Positions 1-11,495 of a stretch of DNA of 64,000 nucleotides are shown here, piece by piece. Source of the stretch: Amoebophrya sp. A120 (taxonomy: Eukaryota; Protista; Dinoflagellata); NCBI GenBank assembly GCA_905178155.1, contig CAJINV010000005.1:104254-168253 (forward strand). Reading direction: 5' to 3'. Every line of letters starts with the position of its first letter. Position 1 is the first letter of the stretch. The notes under the pieces were generated by a model that had not been told where the DNA came from, did not search any database, and worked only from the letters and a program-made list of their open reading frames with translations. A program made the translations under genes and the position numbers.

Positions 1-879
1 TGCTACCCGCTCTCGTCCGCTGCTCTTGTCGGTCCTCTTGGCGGGCGGCTCGCCGGAATTCTCGTTGGCAAACTGTCCGCATTCGGCTGCACTGGTCTGA
101 AGTCTGTCTTCCTTGTTCGAGGTCGCAGTACGTATTGCAGTTGATCGAATAGTCCCCGAGGAAGATGTTGCGCTATCACCAGTTCTAAAAGCCACGCTCC
201 CTGCTTGAAGAGCGATCAGGGCAATGCCTGGACCCGGGAGGCCATCAATGTCGCCTTTGTTGTAGTTAAAACGAAAGCACTGCGTCCTTGGACTGGCAAA
301 AGCTGTGGTGCTGGCAAAACAAACTTTGAGAGGCAACCATACGTCGTTGGTCTGATCTTCTGTGCCCTGTGCGGCAAATTGGTAGAAGAATGATGCGCGG
401 CTTTGGAACGGAGCCTTTTCCAGCTTAAGGTTGGGACATATCTCCGACAGCTGCTGCACGACCCACGCGCACCCTTTTTCGGAAGTGAAGTGTGCTTGTG
501 AAACCGACTGGCCGATTTCTGGCATGCGCCGCTGCCTATCGACCACCCACGGTTCCTCGCATCGCTGTTTTTCGCTAGCACCAAACAGACAAGGAGATTC
601 CACCATATCGCCAGCACGCGGAGAACCAGCAGCAGACCGGTCAAGTGGTAGCTGCTTCTGGCGTAGGCGCCACGGAGCAGGCTTTCGGACACCGAGAAAA
701 TCGGCCATCCCTCTGTACTCCTCCGGGTAGTATTTGCTGGGCCTCGACGGGATATTTCTTGGGCGCGCAGAGCTTGTTGCCCATTTGTCAAATTCGCGGG
801 AGCACCGTAGGCCGAGCCGTCGCACATATGCCCTTGCCTCTTCAAAGGGCAGTCGAGGGATGCGCCTCATGTAGACCAT
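1..879 (-). CDS. Partial CDS (3' end runs off the window); paralogue of the adjacent 1248-2762 gene, with an N-terminal integrase-repeat-like motif
   Basis: Not in the ORF track because it has no stop in the window. Manual translation from ATG at 879 gives MVYMRRIPRLPFEEARAYVRRLGLRCSREFDKWATSSARPRNIPSRPSKYYPEEYRGMADFLG...EKGCAWVVQQLSEICPNLKLEKAPFQSRASFFYQF...WLPLKV, open to base 1. It aligns by eye with the next gene. Confidence 0.8.
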   Translation of the reverse strand, partial: MVYMRRIPRLPFEEARAYVRRLGLRCSREFDKWATSSARPRNIPSRPSKYYPEEYRGMADFLGVRKPAPWRLRQKQLPLDRSAAGSPRAGDMVESPCLFGASEKQRCEEPWVVDRQRRMPEIGQSVSQAHFTSEKGCAWVVQQLSEICPNLKLEKAPFQSRASFFYQFAAQGTEDQTNDVWLPLKVCFASTTAFASPRTQCFRFNYNKGDIDGLPGPGIALIALQAGSVAFRTGDSATSSSGTIRSTAIRTATSNKEDRLQTSAAECGQFANENSGEPPAKRTDKSSGRERVA

Positions 880-1247
880 CTTTGTCTAGAGGGGGATCGT
901 AAGTACCATCACTTGCCTGCTAGTTGTACTAGTAGTACGCCGTTCATTCTATAAAAGGCACATCCAAATTTCCTCAACAATTTTTCTCTGCAAGTGAAAC
1001 CAAGTACAGTAATTAAGTACTCCCACTCGCTTCAACCCTCCGCGGAGAACCAGGCGAAACTTATGGCTCACACTCAGCAGTCAAATCAGCATAGAACCCT
1101 CTCATCGTTTGAGTCACACGTGTTGGGCAAGTAACGCATGTAAACCGGCGCCAAAAGCCACGTAGGCAATCAATATATCGGATTCGCCGATCGCATTGAT
1201 GCTGCTGGATACTGGAAAATAAAACAGGGAGATGAAGTATTCCAACA

Positions 1248-2762
1248 TCAGTATTGCGAAAAGATTTCTTTCGCGCGCAAAACTGCAGCTACATTACTCT
1301 CCGAAGTGGAAAAATCTAGGTAGAATTCCAGTTGCCGTTCCTGCAATTTTCGTGTCGATTCGCGTCGTGGTGAAACAGTAGGCGGATACAGGCAGAGACT
1401 CATGAGTCCGGAAGAAAGATCCCCTCTTCGTGCAAGGCAGGACTTGAGCTCGCACCGCGGAAGCAGCCAGGCACCCCTCAGCTCGATATTACACACCGCA
1501 GCTGCTGCACTTGCATCCGCGTGTTCTCCTCCAGACTGTCCAGTAGTTTTGTCTTTGTCATCCTGCTCGTTGTGGCTGTGATGAAAGATGACCAGGAAAT
1601 CTGGAGCCTCATCAACGCAGAGGGGAACCGCGCGAGTTCGTCCTGTGATTGTGGGGCACGAAACATTTTTTGTTACCGCGACCCGGTAAGCAGGCACGTC
1701 ACGCTTCTCGCCAACCCACTTGTTTTGCAAGACGCGATGAATCACAGTTCTCCCGTTTATTTCTAATCCGCAACCAAACTTGGAAAATGAACTTCCTTGC
1801 AGGTCCCAATCGCACTTGCGGTAGAGAAACGCGTCCAACTGGCGGAGAAGAAGGTAAGCGACACGAGCCTTGATGGAGAGTGCGCCTAGTGTTGCTGTCA
1901 GCTCTGCGAAGTCGCACGCCTTGCTGGAATGGTCTCTCCACATATCAGGTAAAGTTTTGATGATGTCTGCCGCTGGATGGAGGTCAAGCTTCCGGATGTA
2001 AACTGAACCAGACGGACATTGGCTTTGTGTCTTTATGTCGATATGAGAGGTCGTTGCAGTGTTGGACTCGACGCCCATCAACTCGCACTGTAGCGCCAGA
2101 TAGAGGGAGAGAACTGGTACTCTGTCACGAACAGACTCCGACATAATGACGCGATGGAAAATGAATGCAGCGTTGCGCCTCTGACGGTAAGTTGGTGCCG
2201 TAGCGACCGACAGGCGCAGAGGCAACCACCTCTTTGTTTCCGACTTCGCCCCCTGGAGGTTACTCGACAGTGGGTATTCCGGCCGCGGCAATCGCTCCGC
2301 TTCACTACGGTCTCGAACTCGAAAATAGAGCGTCGCCTGCAAGTTGAAGGGAGCCCGGATCACTTCGACATCTGGGTGCAGCTTCTCAATCTTGTCCAGC
2401 AAAATCGCGATCCCCTCTTCGCGGACGCTCCAGGCATTGCACCGTTGTCGGGGTAGAGAGTCGAAGTCTCTTGGGTAAGACTTGCGCCATCCCGCAATTC
2501 TAGTCGATTCAAGCCAGTCCTTTACCCCTCGCCAATGCTCGCGATACGTGAGTTGTGGGCTCGATGGAATGGAAGATGGACGCGCGCCGCTTGTGGTCCA
2601 CTTCACCCAGTCGAGCCACGTATTGAGTTTTAGTGATCGCGCGTATTCGCGTGCCTCCTCGAAACCAAGAAAACGCCTGTGAACGCCTCGTCGCCGGCGG
2701 GGCAGAGAGAGACGCGGCCGCGGCTGTACGGCAAGGGTCGCTGCCTTCAGCCTAGTGGTCAT
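1248..2762 (-). CDS. Uncharacterised protein with an integrase-repeat-like (PF14882-like) motif and possibly degenerate nuclease-like domains
   Basis: 540-aa ORF, first ATG at 2762. Motif FEEAREYARSLKLNTWLDWVKWTTSGARPSSIPSSPQLTYREHWRGVKDWL. Arg-rich N-terminus. Confidence 0.75.
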   Translation of the reverse strand: MTTRLKAATLAVQPRPRLSLPRRRRGVHRRFLGFEEAREYARSLKLNTWLDWVKWTTSGARPSSIPSSPQLTYREHWRGVKDWLESTRIAGWRKSYPRDFDSLPRQRCNAWSVREEGIAILLDKIEKLHPDVEVIRAPFNLQATLYFRVRDRSEAERLPRPEYPLSSNLQGAKSETKRWLPLRLSVATAPTYRQRRNAAFIFHRVIMSESVRDRVPVLSLYLALQCELMGVESNTATTSHIDIKTQSQCPSGSVYIRKLDLHPAADIIKTLPDMWRDHSSKACDFAELTATLGALSIKARVAYLLLRQLDAFLYRKCDWDLQGSSFSKFGCGLEINGRTVIHRVLQNKWVGEKRDVPAYRVAVTKNVSCPTITGRTRAVPLCVDEAPDFLVIFHHSHNEQDDKDKTTGQSGGEHADASAAAAVCNIELRGAWLLPRCELKSCLARRGDLSSGLMSLCLYPPTVSPRRESTRKLQERQLEFYLDFSTSESNVAAVLRAKEIFSQY

Positions 2763-3663
2763 GCTTGCGTCGTCGTTCCGTTGCGGTCCGTACTTGCGAG
2801 GCCACGACCCGGCAATCCAATCAAAACACAGTTTCCCGAACAAGTAGATGCTAAAATCTGCAACGCACAAGGCGAACGCTGTTCCAAAATCAGAACTATC
2901 TATCTTTTTCGTCGCACCGCACGCGACACGAGCCGACAGGTATAACGATCTTCCACATGTTCGTTGATCTTTTTTGGAGTAGCCACACCAGACCGAGCTT
3001 CCGCGTATTTCTTCCCGTGCTCGTGCATATTAAAATACGCTCTGATTGCAAAGTCATTCCTTCTGTCTTCCTCGACTGGACTCCTCCGCGAATCCGTATA
3101 GTGAGCCGTGTTGGAGCTTTTCTGCTCTCATACATGCCATTCGCAATGGAACTACCGAGGCCCCATTCGCATTCATATTCCCCTTGCCCTTCACTCCTTT
3201 CACGGTTTACAAAATGATAGCACACTTGGTATCGAACAAAAACCAGCTTCTAAGTGAAGCGATACTAGGTCGTTGTCGTTATGGCTTCGATTCCATCTGA
3301 CTTAATCACTGCGCATTTGTTCAAATTTTGGTTTTCATATCATCTTATAGTGTTTTTGCATACGAGCAAAGCTGCGGAAATGCACAGCAAGTCGGCTGGT
3401 AAAGCCAACGGTGTAGTATTCATCGGGGTCTGTCAGTACATACGGAACGATCGACACACTTCTCGTCCATCAGTTAACTTCGTATCACGGAGGTCAGCAG
3501 CAGAAGCAGAAGCACTCCGACGAGAGGGCGAAAAATACAAACACAGAAATACCGGGCACTGTAGAAGTGATGGGTACGTAGCGTAAGAGGCAACCAAATC
3601 AAATGCACTTAAATGAATATTTATATCCAGAAAAAGTCAATGATCGTGCGGTCACCCGCATGT

Positions 3664-6600
3664 TCATATCTCCTCCAAATCATCAAAGTCTCTGGCGAGC
3701 TTCGTCAAACTTGCTCGGTCCACCCCCTTTTCTTCCTTTTTCTCGTGGTGGTGGTGATGGTGTTTGTGGTTCGGATCATCCGAATGATGATGGTGGTGGT
3801 GGTGATGCTGACCGCTTGTTTTGCCGCCCCCATCTGCCGCCTTCCCCTCCGAAATCGTGGCTGACTGCTTCGACGCGGGGTCTTTTTCACTCAAAGTGAA
3901 AGAAACACTTTTCGGGGACACGCCCTCTTCCTTCTTCGGAGCGGGTGGCGGGTGGTATGACGGGTTCTTCTTGGTAAAAGAGTGGGGTGGTGGGTGGTAT
4001 TCTTCGGTCTTTTGCGCAGACGCCGTGTCTATTTCATCCGGAGCCCCTGTTTTGGAAGATGAAGACGCAGGAGCGTCGCCCGGTTGCGGCGGCGGGTGGT
4101 AGGAGGGATTCTTCTTCGTGAATGAGTGCGCCGGTGGGTGGTAGTCTTCGGCCTTCTTTTGCACGGTCCCAGCAGCAGGATCTCCATCTTCAAGCGCACT
4201 TGTTTTCGAGGATGTAGCAGCAGCAGCACCACTTCCGACCACACCGTCCTTCGGCGACTGTGGCAAGATGATCGGCGTGGCTATTAGCCCCGGTTTCGTC
4301 TTTGCCTTCAAACTGCTCCGCGTGTTGGCTGCGGTGGATTCCGCAGAGGGCGGAAGTTGCACCGGTGTGTGCATCAACCCCCTTTTCACCTTCGGTTTGG
4401 ACCAGCCCTGCATCGGTGGATCGGCTTCAACAACCGCAGGCTCTACTACGGTAGCAGGAATCGGGTCCGGATCCAAGGCTGGCACTACTTCTGGGAGTAC
4501 TTCTTCCTCAGGTACCGCCGCACGCTCTTCTTCTTCCACTTGTTCAAGCGCTTTCGGCCGCTCCCACCCGTCCATCTCTGTCGGCGGCGCGAACGCTTCC
4601 CCGGACATGATCGGATCTGTGGACGCGTCCGCAGGTGGCGGCTTCTCTTGCTCCCCCTCGGGCTTGAACTTCGGTGTCACCGGTCTGCTGCGGACCAACA
4701 GCTCTTCCGCAGCCTGCTGCTGTGCACTACTAGTAGTGCCATCGTTATTCTGCGCCGCTGCACCTACTGTCGTTCTTTCGAATCCGAAGCCGAAGAAGTC
4801 ACTCATCTTGCTCGTGAAATCCACCGAATTTCTCGTCTCCTCACCCACCACCGCCCGCAGGATTGTCTGCAGCGCTCCCTCGATCCCGTTCAGCCGCAAA
4901 TTCAAGTGGTTGATCTGGCCGCTGACCTCGTTCAATCTCTCCGTAATCTTTTCGTTCGACGCGTTCATCGTCTCCGACAGCTGCTGCGCCTGCGCCGCAG
5001 ACATTTTCTGCCCAGGTCGGACGAACCCCGCGGTAGGCACAACCGCAGCAGTCGGCGACCCTGAAGGCGACGTTTTTCCGTGCGATGCTGACGAGTGAAC
5101 GTGTTTCCTCTTGTCCTTCGGGTTCACACCGCTGGGCGCTGTCATCTTCTCGTGGTGAATCCCCGCCGAGGGCCCGCTTCCGCCATCCCCGCCGGGGCTG
5201 TGACCTCCACCCCCTCCACCACCGAAATGCGTGTCGTCGTCGTGGACCGCGTGCTTGATTTCCATCATTTCCTTCCGGATTACCGGCACGTCCCGAACCA
5301 ATTTCAAAATCCGCTCCAACTCGATCGGTCTCGCGGACGTGACACATTTCACAATCTGCGTGCAGAACTCATCGATGGAAATCTTCCCGCCGCCGTCCGT
5401 ATCCAACATCTCGAATAACGATTCTGGATCTACCGTTCCCATGATGAAGGACAGTTCATTCTTCAAGTCTTCATTAGACTCCAACCCGGACACCATTTCC
5501 TCCTTCGTCAACTCCCCGGATTGATCCTCGTCGAACAGCTCAAACATCGCCCGCAATTCCGGCATCATGCGCTGCAGCCTCTCCGCTTTATACGCCAATT
5601 GCACTTCCTTGTCCGCCTCGGCCTGCGCGATCGCACCCTCGACGATCACGGCGGTCACGAGGTTCATCAAGGCGATCGAGACGATCAGGATGAAGGCCAT
5701 GAAGAATAATGCAAGAGCCGGTTCCCGCTTGATCAAGGGGAGATAGATCGCCCCCGCGGAATCGAGCGTCACGAACTGCACGAGAGTGACCATTATGACG
5801 AACAAGCCGGAAAAGTTATTATCCACAATGTGCAACAATTCCGCGTCGTCCAAGTACAAATCCCGGTTCTTCGTGATCACCTCCGCCGCCAAAACCGCAG
5901 ACACATACATCAATAGGAAGATCAACACCACCGTGTAGGACATCGTGGTCGCGGACGTTAACAGCCCCCTGACCAACATCCAAAGAGACCGGAACGCGAT
6001 CAGAAGTCTCACCGCCCTGGCCAGTCGAAGTAACCGGAGCACGCGCAACACCAATATCGGCCCCAGTTCGTCAGGGGAATGGGAAAACATGATGGGTAGA
6101 AACCAATTCGCCAAAATCCCGACACCTACCAAAACCGCGTCGAACATGACCCAGCCGGATTTCAGGCACCGCCACCCGAAGGCGTAGAAGCGAAGCCAGA
6201 GCTCGAACGAGTAGATGACCAAAAACAAATGTTCCAAAACGACAAAAGCCGTCGTGTCTTCGTTTTTCACCTCCGCCTGCGTTTCCCACCCGATCGTGAC
6301 GGAATTCACTAAAATCACGAACCCGATGATCAAGTCGAATTTCTGCGTCAGCAGCAACTGCTGTGCGTAGATCCGCCCTTTTAGCCAGTAAATCGCGAAG
6401 TCGCCGGTGAACTTCGTCTTGTGCTGTCGCCGTTCCGCGGCGGCCAGCAACTCGTCCGCATCCTCCAAATCCAGCGCCCCGACCTGTTTTAGCGATAACC
6501 CCTGGTCCTGGACCGCCTGTTCAAGCACACGCTTGTCCGTCGTCATTGCGCGCGAGAGGGAGGGAGTACTACTTTTGTTCCCCCCGAGCCGGCTCTTGCC

Positions 6601-7050
6601 GCTGTCTCCCAACAATGCCGCGGTGTTGCCCCGCGTCAGAATTGCTTTCGGGATATTGGTCTCCTCCTCGTCCTTGATTTTGACCACCTCCCCGTCCGGG
6701 CCGATCACCTCGTGCTGCGACAGATGGGACGGTTTTTCCGCGTGCGACGGTGCGGAGCCCAGTAACCCCGCGAGCAGCCCCTCGCCCGCGTGGTGCGGGT
6801 GGGAGTCCTTGCTTTCGCCGTCAAGGTCGCTGGGTCCTCGTTTCGCAAATTCCTCGTCCTGGAGCTTTTTCAGCGCCGTGGCCTCCGCCTCGGCCTTCAG
6901 CTCAGAAAGCCGCTTCTTCTGGTCCCCGGGCGACATCACCGTGGGGTGGTAGTCTGGCGGCTCCAGGCTGCGGGGCTGCGTTTTCTTGCGCTGCATCCCC
7001 GGGACCGCGGGGGGCCCGGTCTCCGAAGCGCGCCCCATCCACATTGTCAT
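3664..7050 (-). CDS. Single-domain (6TM) voltage-gated cation channel with two C-terminal EF-hands and a His-rich tail
   Basis: S4 LVLRVLRLLRLARAVRLL; pore TLVQFVTLDSAGAIY; S6 VSIALMNLVTAVIVE; EF loops DEDQSGELTKEE and DTDGGGKISIDE. Likely start MTMWMG at 7050; the ORF extends upstream to 7272. Confidence 0.9.
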   Translation of the reverse strand: MTMWMGRASETGPPAVPGMQRKKTQPRSLEPPDYHPTVMSPGDQKKRLSELKAEAEATALKKLQDEEFAKRGPSDLDGESKDSHPHHAGEGLLAGLLGSAPSHAEKPSHLSQHEVIGPDGEVVKIKDEEETNIPKAILTRGNTAALLGDSGKSRLGGNKSSTPSLSRAMTTDKRVLEQAVQDQGLSLKQVGALDLEDADELLAAAERRQHKTKFTGDFAIYWLKGRIYAQQLLLTQKFDLIIGFVILVNSVTIGWETQAEVKNEDTTAFVVLEHLFLVIYSFELWLRFYAFGWRCLKSGWVMFDAVLVGVGILANWFLPIMFSHSPDELGPILVLRVLRLLRLARAVRLLIAFRSLWMLVRGLLTSATTMSYTVVLIFLLMYVSAVLAAEVITKNRDLYLDDAELLHIVDNNFSGLFVIMVTLVQFVTLDSAGAIYLPLIKREPALALFFMAFILIVSIALMNLVTAVIVEGAIAQAEADKEVQLAYKAERLQRMMPELRAMFELFDEDQSGELTKEEMVSGLESNEDLKNELSFIMGTVDPESLFEMLDTDGGGKISIDEFCTQIVKCVTSARPIELERILKLVRDVPVIRKEMMEIKHAVHDDDTHFGGGGGGGHSPGGDGGSGPSAGIHHEKMTAPSGVNPKDKRKHVHSSASHGKTSPSGSPTAAVVPTAGFVRPGQKMSAAQAQQLSETMNASNEKITERLNEVSGQINHLNLRLNGIEGALQTILRAVVGEETRNSVDFTSKMSDFFGFGFERTTVGAAAQNNDGTTSSAQQQAAEELLVRSRPVTPKFKPEGEQEKPPPADASTDPIMSGEAFAPPTEMDGWERPKALEQVEEEERAAVPEEEVLPEVVPALDPDPIPATVVEPAVVEADPPMQGWSKPKVKRGLMHTPVQLPPSAESTAANTRSSLKAKTKPGLIATPIILPQSPKDGVVGSGAAAATSSKTSALEDGDPAAGTVQKKAEDYHPPAHSFTKKNPSYHPPPQPGDAPASSSSKTGAPDEIDTASAQKTEEYHPPPHSFTKKNPSYHPPPAPKKEEGVSPKSVSFTLSEKDPASKQSATISEGKAADGGGKTSGQHHHHHHHHSDDPNHKHHHHHHEKKEEKGVDRASLTKLARDFDDLEEI

Positions 7051-8151
7051 TTCAGAAAGATCGATGAGATTTTTCGGCTTGTTCTTCGAAGTAATGTAGC
7101 AAATTAAGCAGACAACCACGAGGAGTACTGAGATGCTTGGTAAATTGCAAATGTCCGCATACCGAAAGAAAATAATCCTCTCGAGAGATATAATTTTTCT
7201 GTGCGTGTTGAAGAAGGCTCTGCGCAAGAGCAAGCGACAGTTACGACTCTCAACGAAAACGATATGTAGCAACGACGAGTCTATTTTTTAGAAAACGATC
7301 ATGATACGATCCAACGAATCTTCGATAGCCCTGCATCTGCTCCTGCGCCTGCCCAGCGCGTCCCAGAGATTGCTATAAACGACAAGAACATGTGCGATAG
7401 GCGTAGGTAGTTCCAGTGCGGTGGAAAGCAGCAGCGTCTCTCTTACGCGATACTAAAGCGTTCGAAGCGATCCCTGATAAAAGGTCGTATGAGAGAGGAT
7501 ACTTACTAGGAGGGCCCTGATGTTGTAAGGTAGAAGGATCCTGAACATCTATGATGATGACCACATTCGTGAGATAAGGCATTAACCTTTCTTGATCAGT
7601 ACCGACATTTTTTCTCTGTCTCTGACTGCAAGGTCTAGCTGCAAGTTCGAGCAGTTTACATGAAGTCGACCTATCTCCGGAGTACTTAGAACACAGAGTG
7701 AAATCAAACTTTCTCGCGGGGAGTACAGTACTGCTTCTTCATGGAGAAATATAAACAAAAAGACCAGCGGTGCGGCTTTCCCGCAGTCTGAATGGAACCT
7801 GATGAGTCCTCCTGTGTATGAAACTTAGACTTATTCAAGAAAGGCCGCTGTGAAAGCAGCTTGCAAATAATCTCTCTGTCCAGTTTATTTTTGCCTGTGT
7901 CGAAAAGTTCTTTGAGAATCTTTTGAGAAGACCTCGAAACACAACTCTTCTTGACCAATGTGTAATATCTTTCTCTTCCGAAGAACGCAAAATCGTCCGG
8001 AGAACTTTCGCGATTTTTGCAGGAATTTTTGTTAATAGTTTTATCAAGTCTGACACCAAGTTGATAGATTGATACGTTGGCTTCCAAGTTCGAAGAAGCT
8101 GGCATTCATGCGCCCCGCCGATTAATGCGATACTCCCTCCTCTGCTTTGGC

Positions 8152-11100
8152 CTACACCACCAGCGGCCGCACGTTGTCGGACTCGCCCTCAAACCTCCGC
8201 ATGAAGTCCCCGACCTGTTCCCGCAGCTCCGGGTCCTGCTGCTCAATCGGCACACGGAGCAGGCAGGTGCCGGTATCCCTGCCGGTTCCGAGAGAGATGC
8301 GGCGCTTCGTCGCGGCGTCGGCTTCCGTCAGCTCCGCGAGGAACGAGAAAGTGAAAATCAGCAGCCGCCGTGCCGGCGCGTCCTTCCAGTCTTGGTCAAA
8401 CCGGCGGAGGCAGAAGGAAAGCTCCTCGCAGCCGCCGTATTTGAGGAACACGAGCCCCCGGTTGTCGCCCTTCGCGAGGAGGAGGCGAAGGACCTGGGAT
8501 GGGAAGTTTGTAAGAAATAGATTAATTTTGAATTTTCTATACGTGGCGCAATTGGCCTGCACCTGCTATGAAAAAGGAGTTGGCATGCTAAATCAAATTC
8601 ATCACGCACTGTACCTTCAATATGTCCACGGAGCAGTCCGCGTGCATGGGGTGCGCCCGGATGAGCCGCAAGCACCGCTGGATCATGAGGTATTTCATCA
8701 TCTTGCCACTGATCACGTCGTCCGTTTGTATCCCCTGCAGCAACCGGCAGGCGTAGATCACCACGTCCACGCTGCGTTCGTACTGAACGAGAATCTTCCC
8801 ACAAATCGTCTTGATCAAGTCCATCTCCGGCTCGAATTCAATCACCATCTCGGGTGGGAGGCCGCTGTGATATTGTTGCTCATGGTCCTATGTGCACGAC
8901 GCCAAATCAGTGCATTGATTTGATGCAAGGATGTCCCTTTTTTCTACGGGCAAAGCTACTTTTCAACGAATACCAAAAAAATGCTATCATTTTTACCTGA
9001 GATTCTTGAGCGCCTCTAGCGTTATTCTCTCCCGTTTGCTCCCAAACGTTCGCAACGCCGCTACCGAAACCCGCATGATCTGCTCGGTACAGGCCTGCCA
9101 ACACGACTTGTCACGGCAAATGGCCTGCGTCGTGTCCAGGAGGGACAGCGAGAGCTCCACCTTCATCGCCATCTCCCACGACTCGTAGGTAACTTTGGGT
9201 ACTTTGGTCGACCGCTGGTGATGACCCTTCTTCTTGCTCGCGGACCCTTGTTGCGCACCGGCGGAGGATTCTATGCGAGTTAGATACAGTTAAGTTGTTG
9301 GGGGCACATCATCGATCAGAGACGAGTCATTCCAGGAGCGAAGAACGAACAACAGAAAAAGATTTAGAAAATAAAACGACTTACTGCTCGTCAACATGGT
9401 CCCCTGCGTGGAGGAGTGCTGCGTTCTTTTCCCGCTCGGGCTACTCAAGGACTCTTGGTCCCCGCCCGCCTTCCCTGGCGAATTGAACGCCGCACTGGAG
9501 GAGCAAACCCGGTCCCACGAATCAAACAGAGACGCGAGCATGTTGTTCGGAAGCGACCCGATTTTCTTCGTGTTATTCATGAACAAAGTCGCCGAAAGCG
9601 CGTCGGGGTCGTCAAACATCTCCGAAACGCGCGTGTCCAGCTCTTTCACGGGCGACACGGCGACAACCAAATCCTCCAAGCCTTCGACCTCAAATTGCGA
9701 GTGCGACCCGGCCATGCTGGTGACGATCTTCGCCGCGGCTTGCTTGCTCGGGGAAGCTTTGGGAAGCTTGGCAGCGCCGGGGGTGGTGCCGTCTTCAGGC
9801 CTGCGGATTTTGATTATTTCGCTTACTTCAGAAAAAATTTGAGAAATTTCTGGCCCTGTAGTGGTCGTTCCTTCTCCTAACGGAATGAACAAAATGTTGT
9901 CATTCAATCTGACAGACCAAATTCCATTTGTACTTCGGCACTGCTCCCTCCTGCCTCTTGCTGTAGGTCGCGATGACGTAGGTGAGCCGGCGCAGGACGT
10001 GCGTGTACATGTCTTCCTCATCGTCCAGCATTCCTTCTGTAGCCGCGAGCTTCTTCAGCGCTACCCGCAAGACCGCGGTCGCAGACCGCAGCAACATGCC
10101 ATCTGCGAAATCTTCCTTCAGGTCCGAGAGGAACAGAAAACCTTGTTGATGTTTTCGTTTTACACTACATGATCGATGCCTCGCCCTCCGTTTGCTCGTT
10201 GAGCAAAGAAACACTCAAACATTAATATTGCTATTGCACATGCAAATATACAAAATCAGTACTGAAGTCCAGCACGTCCTTCATCAAGGGCCGGAGGTTC
10301 AGTTGTTCCATATTGGCCAGAAAGTAGTTCGATTTGAAAATCGCGGTCAACGTTTGGAAGCCCTCCTTCAGAAACGCCGTCTCGTCGCTGTGGTGCGATA
10401 CTAGATGGAACAATAAGTGCAACGCGTGATCTTCCTTGGGGACCACCTCCCCGCTGTCCCCCGCGACGTGCGTGTCCTGCTTTATCCTCCTGGGAAGCAT
10501 GATCTGCGGAATCGCCATCTCCGGCATGCACGTGCACAGTGCGCGGATCGCCCGCCAGCACCCTGTTTGCAGCGGGGCGGAGACAAAATGGTACTTGCTC
10601 GCTCGTAGTAACAGGTCGACCGAGGGTTTCTTCAAAATGGTTTCCTGATTCTCCTCGACCAAACAGAGTCTCGACATCGCATCCGCAGCCTCGCTCGCGA
10701 CGGTCTCGTGGAGCGCGAGCAGGGGAAGAACAAGGTCGACCGCGTAAAGGTCACTGTCAGAAACCTGTTGCAAGCACTGCAACGCGTCCTCCACACTAAC
10801 GAAATTCCCGCAGCCGTACTCGAGAAGGAGCTGCGCACTGGCACTGCTCTCGCGCGTCAGCGCGCTCTCTAAAGCCTCGGTCCAAAAAAGCGTGAAAAAA
10901 AACTGTTGCTTCACCTGGATGGATTTCGGTGAGCGGTCGTGTTGGGGATGGGCCAATGGACGTTTCGGACTATCAAGATTTTCCTCAGTATGATCACAAC
11001 ATAAAAAAGCATAACTTCGATTTCACCGATTACTAAGAAAAAACCGTGAAGCAGTACAAGTTCCGGCCTTCGCATTTCTGCTCCCGACACGGATAGTGCG

Positions 11101-11495
11101 CGCACCGAATCCACTATGTCGTTGCTCAAGTCTTCGGCGGTGTTCAATGAATTTTGTCCGCCAGGACCACCACCGTCCTGCTCCGACCCCATTCCTAATC
11201 GCGATTCCAGCGTCACCTGGTCGAATAACCGCTTGGCCGCTTTCCAGTCGCCTTCTTCGAGGAAAAGAGACGACGCGTCCTGGAAGCGGGCCCGGGCTCC
11301 CTTGGACAATGCCGGCACCTGCTCGGCGTAATCTTGCAGCCAATCCTTGTACGTCTTCGGCTTCGTAATGAAAGGCGCGGTGGACGACATGGCGGGCAGA
11401 GAGCCGACCTCCGGAAACCCCGGATCGGCCCCGGGTGAAGCTGCTGCACCGGCCGCGCCGGGAGAGGAAGGCATTTTCGGGGTTTTCACTTTCAA
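8152..11495 (-). CDS. Multi-exon gene, probable ARM/HEAT-like alpha-helical repeat protein
   Basis: Successive minus-strand ORFs join in frame across GT-AG introns, e.g. 8494-8614 (DILK|VLRL), ~8864-8996 (KNLS|GLPP) and ~9271-9385 (MLTS|KSSA). Leu-rich helices such as EAADAMSRLCLVEENQETI and LQTGCWRAIRALC. Junctions near 9.9, 10.2 and 10.9-11.06 kb are unresolved. Confidence 0.55.

Noticed and set aside
216-845. 209-aa minus-strand ORF in the track
   Set aside because: Wrong frame; the overlapping frame from ATG 879 is the one homologous to the neighbouring gene.
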